Origin: Nemertoderma westbladi
Lineage: Eukaryota; Animalia; Xenacoelomorpha
Assembly (NCBI GenBank): GCA_032718475.1
Contig: JAUCBJ010002899.1
Span: 1 to 64,000 of the forward strand
Direction of reading: 5' to 3'
Length of the DNA: 64,000 bases
Shown here: positions 20,780 to 33,400 of the stretch, in pieces
Layout: the number at the start of each line of letters is the position of its first letter
Numbering within the stretch: position 1 is the stretch's first letter
The notes under the pieces: model-generated
What the model was told of the DNA's origin: nothing
Seen by the model: only the letters and a program-made list of their open reading frames with translations
The model's database searches: none
Program-made: the position numbers and the translations under genes

Positions 20780-23700
20780 GAATTAGCGCGTACTGAAGCG
20801 CGTCAGGCAATTAAAGTAGGTGAAATTATCAAATTTGATGGAAATGAGTTAAAATGGCTTCCATTTAGAGAATATGTGAAAGACAGTATATTCAGTTCAC
20901 CATTACCAAATAGTGAGAAACTGCTTTCTTAATAGACTGTTTAGAAAGCTATCCAAAGGAATTAGCGCAGAGGTACATTGGGCATCCTCAGGGAATAGAG
21001 GAGTTATGGAAATTATTACATGACAGATATGGAGATGAAGCGTCACTAGCCCAATATCTATATCATAATAATAATAATAATAATAATAATTTATTTATAA
21101 CGCGCCTTTTAAGGGCAATAAATCAAGGCGCAGGTACGCGTACACAATTAGTTAATTACGTATTCTAACGAAAAGTAGTGTGTTTTCAGCCGCGACTTAA
21201 ACAATTCCACGGTGTGTGCACTGCGGACCGAATAAGGGAGAGCGTTCCATAAACGGGGCCCGGCAACTGAGAAAGCCCGCCTCCCGTAACTTTCTAGCCA
21301 ATAACGAGGCGCAACCAGAGTTAGTTCATCATCACCTGAACGCAGAGAACGATGAGGAATGTACCGGGTCAGCAAATTCTTTAAATAGCTCGGAGCGTAG
21401 CCATTGATACACTTATATACTATAAGTACAATCTTAAAGTCAATGCGTCGCAATACAGGCAACCAGTGGAGATATTTGAGCACAGGTTTAATATGTTCTC
21501 GTTTCTTTGTGCCTGTTAGTAGGCGCGCCGCAGAGTTCTGGACATATTGTAGTTTGTTTATATATTTGTCTGGCAATCCATAATATAACGAATTGTTATT
21601 GTCTAAAGAGCTGGTGCTAAATGCGTGGATTAGCGTTTCGAGGTCATGTTTTGCTAAAGACTGCCGTATTTTTGATAGATTTCGGATGTGGAAAAACGCA
21701 CTGCGAACAGTTAGAGATATTTGTTTACTGAACGTCATATAATGATCCATAGTAAAGCCGATATTGCGGGCATCGGTGCTGCAGCCCACCACGTCGTTAC
21801 CAATACGTATTTGTGGGTTGTCAACTGATGTGCCAAATCGCGACTGCAGTAGCAGCACTTTGGTTTTCTCGGAGTTCATCTTGAGCATATATGTGTACCA
21901 TTTAGGCAAGGACTGAATATCATTTAGGCAATCCTCAGTCACCTGAACTGCTGAATCAATATTTACAGATTTGAAACTGATATATATTTGAGTATCATCA
22001 GCATACAGATGGTATGATAAACCATGCTTTTTTATTACAGCAGATAAAGAGCGTGTATAAATTGTAAATAGTAGCGGCCCGAGCACAGAACCTTGTGGCA
22101 ATCCATACTTTAGGTCTCTGTATGTAGAATAATGACTACCAACACGAACTTGCTGTTTACGATCAGACAAATATGATTTGAACCATTTAAGTGCATTTCC
22201 AGTTATCCCTATATCAGACTTAAGAATTTCTAAGAGTTTCTCATGTTCAACCGTGTCGAACGCTGCACATAAATCCAAGAGAACAACTAGCACTGCTGAA
22301 CCTGAGTCGATGCTGCGGAGAATAGAATCATTTACTGAAAGAAGTGCTGTTTCTGTTCCGTGGTGGTGCCTGTATGCGCTTTGCATCGGCTCATGTAGGT
22401 TGTGAATATTCATATATTGAATCAGCTGGTTTGCGACGACCTTTTCTATTAATTTCGAAATGTAAAGCAAGTTGGAGACCGGCCTGAAGTTTTTAAGAAT
22501 TTCTGGGTCCAATTTTATCTTCTTAAGGACTGGTGTTAACACTGCCTCCTTAAACAGAGATGGAACTGTAACCATAGACAATGACATATTAATAATACAG
22601 GTAATAAGAGGCAGCAGCAGATTGATGGACAGCTTGACCAAGCTCATCGGCATCGGGTCGCGCGGACTCGTTTTAGATTTCGAGTTATTTATAAGTTCCT
22701 TCGTCTCCTCAGTGGAAATTTCACGGAAAGAGCTAAATCCTTGATCCGTAACCGTTGGGGTGTTAAAAGCCGCCGGGTCACCCAGTCCAATAGGGGGAGA
22801 TTTCGTTTCCGTCGGTGTCGCCATTCCCGCCAATGTCGGACGAACTAGTATAGGAATTGTTTCCGTATGAGCAACCGGCCCAATCGATTGGGCGTTTACT
22901 TCAGTCAGAACAGTGGGCCCAATCAATGGCCGAGAGCCTTGTTGAGGGTGTAATATATCTCTCCGTATACCTTCAATCTTTTTGTCGAAATAATCTCCGA
23001 ATACGTTAGCTAACTCCTCATCAGATTCTCATTCCGGTAGACAATTCTTCTTGCGATATAATAGTTTATTGATTACAGAATATAGCATCTTTTGGTTACC
23101 TGAATTATTTCTAATTATATCCCCATAGTAGGATTCCTTTGCAAAAACAATTGCATCTGAAACCACTTTGCACTGAGTTCTAAAAGCAATACAATCCACT
23201 GTAAGTCTAGTTTTATGGTATTTCCGTTCCAACCGCCGGCGCTTCCTCTTTTCCTTAGCTATGTCCTCACTATACCAGGCAGCCTTGATTTCTGTACGTA
23301 CATTCTTACATTTCTCCGGGGCATGTATATCCATGATGGTTGTAAGGGTATCATTATATAGTTGCACAACATCGTCAATATTGTTACTATATTGTGGCTG
23401 GCAACACAAAGAATTGCGCAAATCATTTGTGAAATCATCTAACTTGATATTTTTAATATTTCTATATGTGAAAGATTCTGTGGTCACCACAGGCTTCGAA
23501 AGATTCAGATTGAAATGAACTGCGTAGTGGTCGGACAGGCCAATGTCCCGAGCATACACATTCTTGTACATGTGAGACTCATCATTATGTGTAACTACTA
23601 AATCCAACGTATGGCCGTGTCTATGGGTCAGAAGCTAGTTAACCATAAACGTGTAATTACTACAGAAATGGTTAAGATTGTTGACGAGATTAGGGAGATT

Positions 23701-24240
23701 TGTAGACAGTTGGATTGGTTACATAAACACAAATATTATGATACCCCCTTTGTAGTTTGTATGTTTGGTTGTACGTTGCAGCCCTACCTAAGGGTAGTGT
23801 TTCTACACAATGGGATCGCAATGTACTAAATGCCAAACTTCGAGGTAAACCAGCTTTCTGTATGAAAGAATTCTTGGACTTCCTAGATTCTGAATCCTCA
23901 TTGCTGATGATTACACAACGACGCGAACGCAACATAGATCCAAAATCCGACAAAATATCCCCAACTAAATGTCGGGAGCGAGTTTATCAAACCGATCTAT
24001 CGACCTGTGAGGAGGAAGCTGAAGAAAGTGAAAGCTCATATCACATCTCGGATAACCAGAAACGCACATTACAACAACGTAAGGACTCCAGATCTCCCTC
24101 ACCTCGACGCAAGGGTCAAACGGATAGACCATCTCACGACTGAACTCCAATTCAGACTGTGAAAACACAACAATCGGAAATGAAACAACTGAAATCGATC
24201 ATTATATCAGTAACTTACAACACTGGCTGCTTATTATGTA
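20780..24240 (+). pseudogene. Decayed family-B-like gag fragment split by an L2 insertion
   Basis: 20780-21065 encodes ARTEARQAIKVGEIIKFDGNELKWLPF, homologous to 32570-33685. It resumes at about 23630 with QKL...DEIREICRQL..ALPKGSVSTQWD. Confidence 0.75.
21066..23628 (-). mobile_element. 5'-truncated L2/CR1-group LINE, ORF2 with one internal stop
   Basis: Endonuclease tail LDLV..GLSDHYAV; RT motifs FRPVSNL, AAFDTV, GLPQGSVLGPLLF, YADDTQIY; L2-type LHWLPV..RIDFK, RAFSVAGPRLWNALP; (ATT)n tail at 21066-21090. Confidence 0.9.
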
Positions 24241-24278
24241 GTAAAGAATATATAAAAAAATAATAGATTTGGGTTAAT

Positions 24279-24663
24279 GGTCCCCTTCAAACTCAAGGCG
24301 GAGCACGAAGCAACCTTTGTTTCTGCAACTTGTTTCTGAAACAAAAGTTGCAATAAGTTGTTGGGCACACTCAGAAACAGTGCGGAACAAAGTTTCTGTG
24401 TGTGAGGATTCCAGCAAGTAATTGCTGTAACATTTTAATAAAATTATATTCCCCTGCAGCTTCATTAAAAACCTTTATTACATCACATTTCAATGAATGG
24501 ACATGTTTAAATGTTTCAATTCAATGAATGGACATGTTATCTATATATTTTGAAATAATTAATATATTCTTGAGCAAAAAGTTTACTGGGTGTGAGGAGT
24601 CCAGCATCAAGCTTCAGAAACAAGTTTCAGAAACAATTTGCTACTTGAAAATCGATTCGGACC
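24279..24663. mobile_element. Possible MITE
   Basis: GGTCC...GGACC ends and inverted subterminal TTGTTTCTGCAACTTGTTTCTGAA / TTCAGAAACAAGTTTCAGAAACAA. Confidence 0.45.
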
Positions 24664-24764
24664 TGTAAATATACCACAGATTGCTGAATATAAATCCAAT
24701 GTGACTTCCGATGTAAGTCTATAATACAGTAGCTGTGGTCTGCTAAAATCTTAAGTTGGGTACC

Positions 24765-25919
24765 TGTTCGCGCTTTCAGACCTTTAGCAGTTTAACCTGC
24801 CAAATTTGGATGTCTTCTAGATTATAAATCGACTTTAGCCTATGACGAGTATTTGATACACTACATTAGCCAAAGCCAGTCTATGCGCGACCATTCACCC
24901 GCTGGATATACCCGGGAGACTGGATTCGGAAGCTTTGACCTTATTGCGGTGTAGGCCTACTGTATTATTCGACTGATCGTTAATATATAATTTCTGACAA
25001 ATATTATTCACTTTAGGGAAATATTAACAGTTCCTTTAGGACGTGGCGCTCTAAATATGTAAACAGAGTTATGACTTATACTAGACACAACGGGATGGCT
25101 ATGGATTCACGTATAAAGCGCATTCTTTAGGAGATGCTTTGTTATCTGTCACAATCATGCACACTACTGCACAATGCTGCACACCGATCTGCCGACCTTC
25201 ACTAATTTTAGTCACATATAAAGAGAACAGCAACCGATTCATGTAGTGCCTATTAAATAGCATTAGATTCACTCCAAAACCACTTTAATGTAAGTCGCAA
25301 TTGTTATATGTAACCGGTCTCTCTAACCTTCAGTATATCAAGAAGATTGGGGTTTTCTGATTATTTATAGATATTATCCAAATATAACAAGATTCCATCA
25401 ACTGATATAATTAATAACCGAATAAACCATAAATAGCAGTGAAATAATGCGGTGAAAGCATAATGCATATGTACTGAGTTGGTTTGATAACAGTTATACG
25501 TTTCTATGACCAAAGCCTACTAATGTTTGGCTAAAGCCTGAAACACAGTAACTCCAAAGCCGGTCTTCTGGCTGTGGACAAAATATACATACTGACTCAA
25601 TTCCTGAGTTTCTGTATACAATCTCCAACACAGAGTCAAAAAACGCTCTGATTGGTCGACCAAACAAAGAGAGAACAAGGAACAAAGAAATGCTACACGT
25701 GGACATATCAGCTGTTAGATGTCGTCATGGTAACTACACTGTATCAAGAGGATTTTGGCTTATTGCGACATAAGATCGCTAGTTATGTCCGCTAAAGTAC
25801 ACAGCTAGTTATGTCTGCTAAAGCACACATACAGAAGAAATGGCTCTTTATATCCACTAAAACACCTACAGAGTACTTTGCGGGGAAAATAACTAGCTAG
25901 ATCCGCAAAAGCCTTTACA
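24765..25919 (-). repeat. 3' LTR, family B
   Basis: TGTAAAGG...GCGCGAACA on the - strand; PPT CTGGGAGCGG at 25920-25929. Confidence 0.9.
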
Positions 25920-26909
25920 CCGCTCCCAGAAAATGGGATTTAATTCTATAAAATATAAAAAATCACAGTTTCTAAAATATAAAAATACTCTAAACAGTTA
26001 GTTTTTCTTGCGTGGACGGCGTTTACGCAGTTTTTTGAGGCTAGCAAGAGTCCTTTTCTCTTTGGGGCAAGCCACTTTACTAGGAGGGCTATAACCCTTG
26101 GGTAAAGGGTGCAATACAATTGCATCTGAAGGTTTAGGGTTACGGTCGATGTCTCGTCCATTTCGATATGCTTCTCCTCGAGCTGATTTTCCTCCGCTTA
26201 TCGTTGGATGCGTTCGTCCAAAACTCTTGCAGAGAATAGGGTCATCCAAGTTCGATATCTTCTTAGAGATTCTGAATTTCCTGATCGAACTGAGATAAAG
26301 CTAATTCGTTTACCGCTTGGACTTGCTACTGCAATTTACGTTTCTCTAAACAATTGTAGGTTCATTTTCCGTTCTTTTGACGAATAGTGTCCAACGCGTT
26401 TCGTACAACTCTCTCCTCCGCCTCGGTGACAGGTTGTATCGGGTTAAACCGGGACGATGATACTGTTGAATGGCGATATTAGATGTCCGCATCCCAATCC
26501 GACTAGGTAAGATGGGCGAATATTTAGGGAGCCCACAACCGGAGTGCCACCGACTAACTGTTCGGGTAACACTAGATCTTTGAACAGTGAGGACAGTTCG
26601 GGAGGATCCGTGATACTATTAGGATCAAGAGTCTGAGGTCTAACTAGGGAATGAGGAGGTCTGATCAAGTATCCCGGAACTCTGATCATAGGTTTATTTA
26701 AGGATCGTTTGAATCGAGCGAGCGTAGGTGATACATCGAACAAGTTTCGCTCGAAACTCCCATAAATATAGCGAGTAAAACCATGTTTAAAGCAACGTCG
26801 CTACGGATGTTTATGTCTTTCCGTTTGTTGGTTGGGTCTTGGGCATTCCTTGCAATAATACCAAAGACGCACGTCTTGGAGGAGAAACGCGGGTGATATT
26901 TATTCGGTT

Positions 26910-27356
26910 TTACAATGTTTCTCTCAAGAATTCCAAATATACGTTGGAGTTACCGCGCTTATCCGGTTCTTTGACGTCTTCTCTTTCGAGTCGATTTCGA
27001 ATAGAATTTTCGCATTCGATTCTCAATTTATTGTTCCGACTCCGCTGAGTAGGATATTTAAATATTACCATTTCCCTTTCGGTGTCGACATAGTCCATAT
27101 CGTGTAAATCGATAGGATGGCCAGTAGTTAAGAAGTCAATATACGTACCATTACGATGCGCATAGCGAGCGGTGAATTTTCTATAGTCCAATTCGCGCGT
27201 AAGTTGCTCCTGGGACATCGGCGGTTCGAGATAACGACCATCGTCCTCCGTAGTAGTTGGACTAGCGTCGCCGCGTATCAAGCTATCCACAAACGCTTGT
27301 AAAGGTAGAGTATATCGCTCCCTGATACCAAGATCATCTTCTATCAACTCAGTCAT
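26910..27356 (-). CDS. Family-B accessory ORF (148 aa), unknown function
   Basis: Intact ATG-to-stop ORF between the pol remnant and the PPT; homologues at 622-927 and about 61480-61585. Confidence 0.55.
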   Translation of the reverse strand: MTELIEDDLGIRERYTLPLQAFVDSLIRGDASPTTTEDDGRYLEPPMSQEQLTRELDYRKFTARYAHRNGTYIDFLTTGHPIDLHDMDYVDTEREMVIFKYPTQRSRNNKLRIECENSIRNRLEREDVKEPDKRGNSNVYLEFLRETL

Positions 27357-28175
27357 ATCTGCTATATGAGTTTATCAATATTATAATTAGTTATAATTAG
27401 GCTAGCGGGCGTCGCTGCCTACCCCTCTCGGCCCCCGGACAGCGCAAGATCCTCAGCGCTGGTGTACTTTCGCCGATGTGCCTATCGCCAACGTAGTAGC
27501 TGCACAACGACCACAACAACCAGCGCGAGTCACTCCACCATCCGTCCCAAAGGCTGAGATTTACTTCAGGTTCTTACTGGAGAGTTAGGGCTACTTTCAC
27601 AATTGCGACTCGCTACTGTAAACACACTTTAGTAGTAACATTCACCTATAAACACACAAATTCCACACAACTGTCACAAATCGCACACATTCAGGCCATT
27701 TGTCCGTTAGTCAGTGCCTTCCAGAATGCCACGTTATTATTGGGTATCTTGGGATACCAGCAGTGTGCTATTTATTCCTTATGCCATTCAATGGGGCAAG
27801 CCTTTATTGTTCTTTTAACTCACTTCTAATTCTAGCGTGGTTGTTACCATGGTGACATTATGGAAAGCTAGCGGTAGAATTAGGGTAATTCCCATACATA
27901 CAGATCTGGGATGCTATTTAATAGTAATTCTTTAATTGTCAATATTTCTCTTTATACATGATTTTATGAATTTTATCGGCTATTGACTATATATTGGAGA
28001 TTCTCGCACACTAATATACTTAATAGGGTGAATCTCCGCTCCCATGATCTATTAATTTATGGAATTTTGGGAATGTTATAAATTGTATAAAAAAGACAAT
28101 TTATCAAATTCATTAAAAGATGAATTTAAATTTATTCCCGTAAATTTTATTATTTAATATTAAATAGACACAATT

Positions 28176-28440
28176 TTATTCCAGAACATGTCTGGGGACT
28201 GGGATCCTTGATTCTAGGAAATTGATCTTTTTAAGAATATCGGTAAGTGCTACGATATCTTAATAGACTAGAATTTTAAAGGATCTAAAATTTGACAGAT
28301 TTTATAAATATTAATAGTTAATATTTAGGATGGGCACCAGTTTATTCCAGAACTTGTCTGGGGACGTTAACCACTGATTCTAGAATTTTGTCTTTCAAGT
28401 ATATCGGTGGGTGCCGCGATATCTTAATCGACTAGAATTG
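28176..28440. repeat. Two degenerate direct repeats with a period of about 165 bp
   Basis: TTTATTCCAGAAC(A/T)TGTCTGGGGAC...GATATCTTAAT.GACTAGAATT at about 28176 and 28341. Confidence 0.6.
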
Positions 28441-28991
28441 CAGATGGTCAAAGGGTTTAACAGATTTATTTTGCGTTATACGCTACTGTTAAAGGGACAT
28501 CACGCTACTATATGTATTATTTAATATACGGTATGAGAGCAATATCGCACGAAGCAATGTCAGTGAGAAGAGGCAAGTCGTTTCCAAGGTCTACCCAGAG
28601 CTTGGTTTAGCCGAGACACGAGGATCTGAATTTTGCATTCCTAATACTCTACTTACCAATAATACTTGAATATAGTAGGAGCTTTATTGTACTTTAATAA
28701 GTACGGACATTTCATCTTACTGTAGTCACGTATTTATAATGTAATACGGACAGTAAGGAAAGAGAAAATAATTATTTCTCGCTGTCGCACTAAATATATA
28801 ATATATAAGTAATTAAGTAATAAACACTAATATACATTGCTCTAATCTACTAAATAATCGCTAAAATAACATTATACTAAATAAAATTAAAGAAAACGAT
28901 TATAATAAAATTACATAATAATACATACATAAATATAAAATAATAAAAACAAATATAAAATAATATAGTCATACACCCACTCCAGACGATG

Positions 28992-30180
28992 TTACGTTGG
29001 GGAGTCCCTAGATGTTTGTTGGATTAGGGAGGTGGTCGTGGGAAGAGTATCTTGCCTTCCATAGTTTCCGGACAGTTCTCGGTCTCTTTCCAGTAAACAT
29101 AAACGACCAACTGGGCGATTGAGCTGCTGTGTCTCGAAGACAATTCCAGGTTTCCTCTTCGTCCTGGAATAGTGACAATAGAAACATCGCTTCAAATACA
29201 CGACAGCCTTACAAAGCCGATTCCAGGATCTATAGTGGTCCATCGCTCCCGGCAGGAGAGGTGAGAGTCCCAGCGAGACGTCTGGTGTTCCAGATCTCCA
29301 GTCTCTCTCTCTGATCTCCACAACAGATCGGTTCGCGGTGGGGGAGTTTAGATCCACAGCGTCGTCCCTGGCAATGTGTAATACAGACAGATCTATCACG
29401 GGTTTAAATAACCTTGATTTACTCATCCGGGTTTTAGGTTTGACTTTCTCCGCTCCCTTGGCTTGTCTAATCTCAGCCGTGGTAAGATGGGGAGGCCATT
29501 CATCTTCTTTACTTAAGAAGTCGGGTCCACCTAACCAGTTTGGAGTATCTGTCAGTTCTTGAGGAGTTGCTCCTCTGGAAGCGATGTCGGCTAGATTAAT
29601 CGTCTCGGGGCAATATCTCCATTGATCTACATTTGAGTTAATATCATCATTATCTGAGGAGTATGGTGTTCCCTCAGTTGGGTCGTCAACTTCACTGCTC
29701 TCCACTTCCCATTCACTTAATTGATATACTTGTTCTTTTGGTAATCTTTCCATAAGAGTTCTACGGGAAGGGCCAGTAAAGTACCAACCTACTCTAGTTC
29801 TTCCCGCATAGGCTTGTAGTGGTTGCGGTTGAGCAGACCATTTCTCCAATGTCTCAAGCGCCTCATGCGCATTTTGGCTGATGAGTATTTGCACTCCAGG
29901 GTAGTCTGTGTTGAATCTAGGTATATTAAGCTGCTGGGTGGAATCGTCCTCATCCCAGTTATAAGGTTCTACTTGGCTGGTAGCGAAGTTCTTTATCGCC
30001 ACCATTTTTACTGACCTTATACTGTGTTCTCCTAGTTCATCCTGGGGGGTGGACAATGCGCCTACATAGTAGTCTGTAGCTACTGTAGATTTCCAAACCT
30101 GCATAATTCCTGAAAGGTTCAACTTAGTTCGGAACTTGGGTTGTCCATCAAAGATGTCTTCTGCTAGTTCTTTGTTCTTT
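28992..30180 (-). pseudogene. Deleted pol remnant, copy 1: protease C-half, RNase H tail and pol C-terminal motif in one frame
   Basis: GRTRVGWYFTGP, QWRYCPETINLADIASRG, WLGGPDFL, LNRPVGRLCLLE. Confidence 0.8.
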
Positions 30181-30492
30181 CGGGAAATATCAACAGTTCC
30201 TTTAGGACGTGGCGCTCTAAGTATGTAAACAGAGTTATGACTTACACTAAACACAACGGGATGGCTAATGATTCACATATAAAGCGCATTCTTTAGGAGA
30301 TGCTTTGTTATCTATCACACTCATGCACACTACCGCACAATGCTGCACACTGATCTGCCGACCTTCACTAATTTGAATCATATATAAGGAGAACAGCAAC
30401 CGACACATGTAGGGCCTATGAAATAGCATTCAATTCACTCCAAAACCACTATAATGTAAGTCGCAATTGCTATATGTAACCGGTCTCTCTAA
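30181..30492 (-). repeat. Internal fragment of a family-B LTR
   Basis: Matches the LTR segment AACAGTTCCTTTAGGACGTGGCGC...TAACCGGTCTCTCTAA. Confidence 0.85.
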
Positions 30493-30499
30493 AATACAA

Positions 30500-33400
30500 A
30501 ATGGACTTCAAATACACGACGGCCTTACAAAGCCGATTCCAGGAGCTATAGTGGTCCATCGCTCCCGGCAGGAGAGGTGAGAGTCCCTGCGAGACGTCTG
30601 GTGTTCCAGATCTCCAGTCTCTCTCTCTGATCTCCGCAACAGATCTGTTCGCGGTGGGGGAGTTTAGATCCACAGCGTCGTCCCTGGCAATGTGTAGTAC
30701 AGACAGATCTATCACGGGTTTAAATAACCTTGATTTACTCGTCCGGGTTTTAGGTTTGACTTTCTCCGCTCCCTTGGCTTGTCTAATCTCAGCCGTGGTA
30801 AGATGGGGAGGTCATTCATCTTCTTTACTTAGGAAGTCAGGTCCACCTAACCAGTCTGGAGTATCTGTCAGTTCTTGAGGAGTTGCTCCTCTGGAAGCGA
30901 TGTTGGCTAGATTAATCGTCTCGGGGCAATGTCTCCATTGTTCTACATTAGAGTTAATATCGTCATTATCTGAGGAGTATGGTGTTCCCTCAGTTGTGGT
31001 CGTCTCTCCCTCACAGATGTCTTCTTCCCATTCACTCTCCTGATGGACCCGATCTTTGGGTAGCCTTTCCATGAGTGTCCTACGGGAAGGTCCAGTGAGG
31101 TACCAACCTACTCTTGTTCTTCCCGCATAGGTTTGCAATGGTTGCGGTCGAGCAGGCTGTTTCTCTAATGTCTCAAGCGCCTCATGCGCATTTTGGCCGA
31201 TGAGTATTTGCACTCCAGGGTAGTCTGTGTTGAATCTAGGTATCTTATGCTGCTGGGTGAAATCGTCCTCATCCCAGTTATAAGGTTCCACTTGGCTGGT
31301 AGCGAAGTTCTTTATCGCCACCATTTTTACTGACCTTATGCTGTGTTCTCCTAGTTCATCCTGGGGGGTGGACAACGCGCCTACATAGTAATCGGTAGTT
31401 ACTGTAGATTTCCAAACCTGCATAATTCCTGACATGTTTAACTTAGTTCGGAACTTGGGTTGTCCAGCAAAGATGTCTTCGGCTAGTTCTTTGTCGATGA
31501 ATGTTCCTGTGCTACCGGAGTCAAGGAGGGCGTTCACTGTATAACTCCTTTTAGGTCCGTGGACCCTTAACTGCACTACAGGAAATTCTCGGATTCCTAC
31601 ATTGGAAGTTGGTGCTTTCCAAGATGGTTGTCGGTCAGAAGTAGTTAGGGGGAGCTCGCTGTCTGTGTCCTTTTCATACGTAAGTGCTCGATACACTGCG
31701 GTATTTATCAGGTAACAGGATTCGTTTTCATCGGAGAATTCGTCCGTATAGAATCCTTCCATCTCAGAACTTTGGTCAGTGTCGTTCATATCACTGAATT
31801 GGACATGTAGTTCGGACTCACTTACCTGACTCGGGCTGTTTCGATCGAATTCAGTGTGCAACAAGATATGATGTTTTGCACCGCACTTTGCACACATTGC
31901 GTCGGAGTAACAGGTTCGCCGTTGGTGTCCTCGTCTGAGGCAATTATAACACAACCGCTTATCCCACATGACTTCACGTCTGTCCTTTAGTGATTTCCTC
32001 AGGAATTCATCACACGCACTTAAACGGTGGGGCCCGTCGCACAGCACACATTTTGGTTTGATGTTACTTACCTTACTTTGAGTAACGTTGTGCACACTCG
32101 TTCTTTCTTCGGGCTTTCTTACATGAATTCTCTTAGAAGACGTAGGAGGAGTTTTTCTTACCTGTTCTCTCCTGTCATGGGTTCGAGACTTAAATTTACT
32201 TACGTCCTTAGGCGCTTTGTTGTCATAGTAAGATCTTTCAGTGTCTTTCCCGCTGTCTTTCTCTTGAGAAGCCTGGCTTTCGCCGTCGTCTGTATAACAC
32301 ACTGGTATTACCTTTCTCCTAGAAACGGGTATCTCACTTACCTTATTTTCCGGTGTCTTCTCTCTGGACTGTTTTAGGAGCTGTAATTTTACCTCTCCAT
32401 CTAAGAATGACATGAGATCAGCCATGGTAGGGTCTCTTCGTTGTTGTTCCATCATATATAACACTTTCTTGTCCCAGCGTGTACCTACTCCACCCTTGGG
32501 CAAAGTAGATGCTAAGGCTCCTACAACCATAGAATTCTGGTATTCATGAGACTTACCTAACCAATCTAGTTATCTACAGATCTCCTGAATCTCGTCGGAA
32601 AACTCTGTAATCCCGCTGCTAAGAAACTTTCGGGGCGCCATTAATTTCGCATATAAATACCTAGCTATGTTAGTCCTGTTACCATACCTGATGTTTAGTG
32701 TATCCCAAACTTGTCTTAATCCATCTGGATGTCCAATAAACTTTAACGCCATTAACTTGGGAGATCCTTCCAAGCACTCGATGAGGAATCTAAGTTTCTC
32801 TCCGTTAGATAGCACAGAGTTCTGTATGTTATCTTTGTAATATTCATTAAAAGGTAACCATTTCATCTCATCTCCATTGAACTTGACGATCTCTCCCACC
32901 TTTACCGCTTGACGGGCTTCGGTTCTAGCCATTTGACGCGTAAAACTTTCTTGGGCCATCGTGTTATTTAATATCGAGTTATCGGTATATAAATTTCTCG
33001 GATTATTATCAAGTCTATATGGAATATCATTGTCAACAGGTTTATAATTACCCCTAATATGGTTTACTATAGGAGTTTCCACTTCACTAGCAGTATATAT
33101 GTGTGTAGGCTCCACACCTTGCGCATGAAATACTTCAGACCTAACAGGTTGACACATTGTTACAGGGGGTGGTGGTATACCCTTTTGTGTATTTACTAAT
33201 TTATCGCGTTCTAATGCGATACTCTGCTGCACTTCTTGCAACTCTAACCTACTTTCCCTTACTGTTCCTTTAAACTGATGAACAGTCTCCTGCATCTGCC
33301 TGAGCAGGAGATTCATCCCCCGCCGCCCCTCATCCACCCACTCGACCACCGAAGCGGGAGCCGCCAACGTAGTAGTGGGTAGACGAGGGACAACGGGCGA

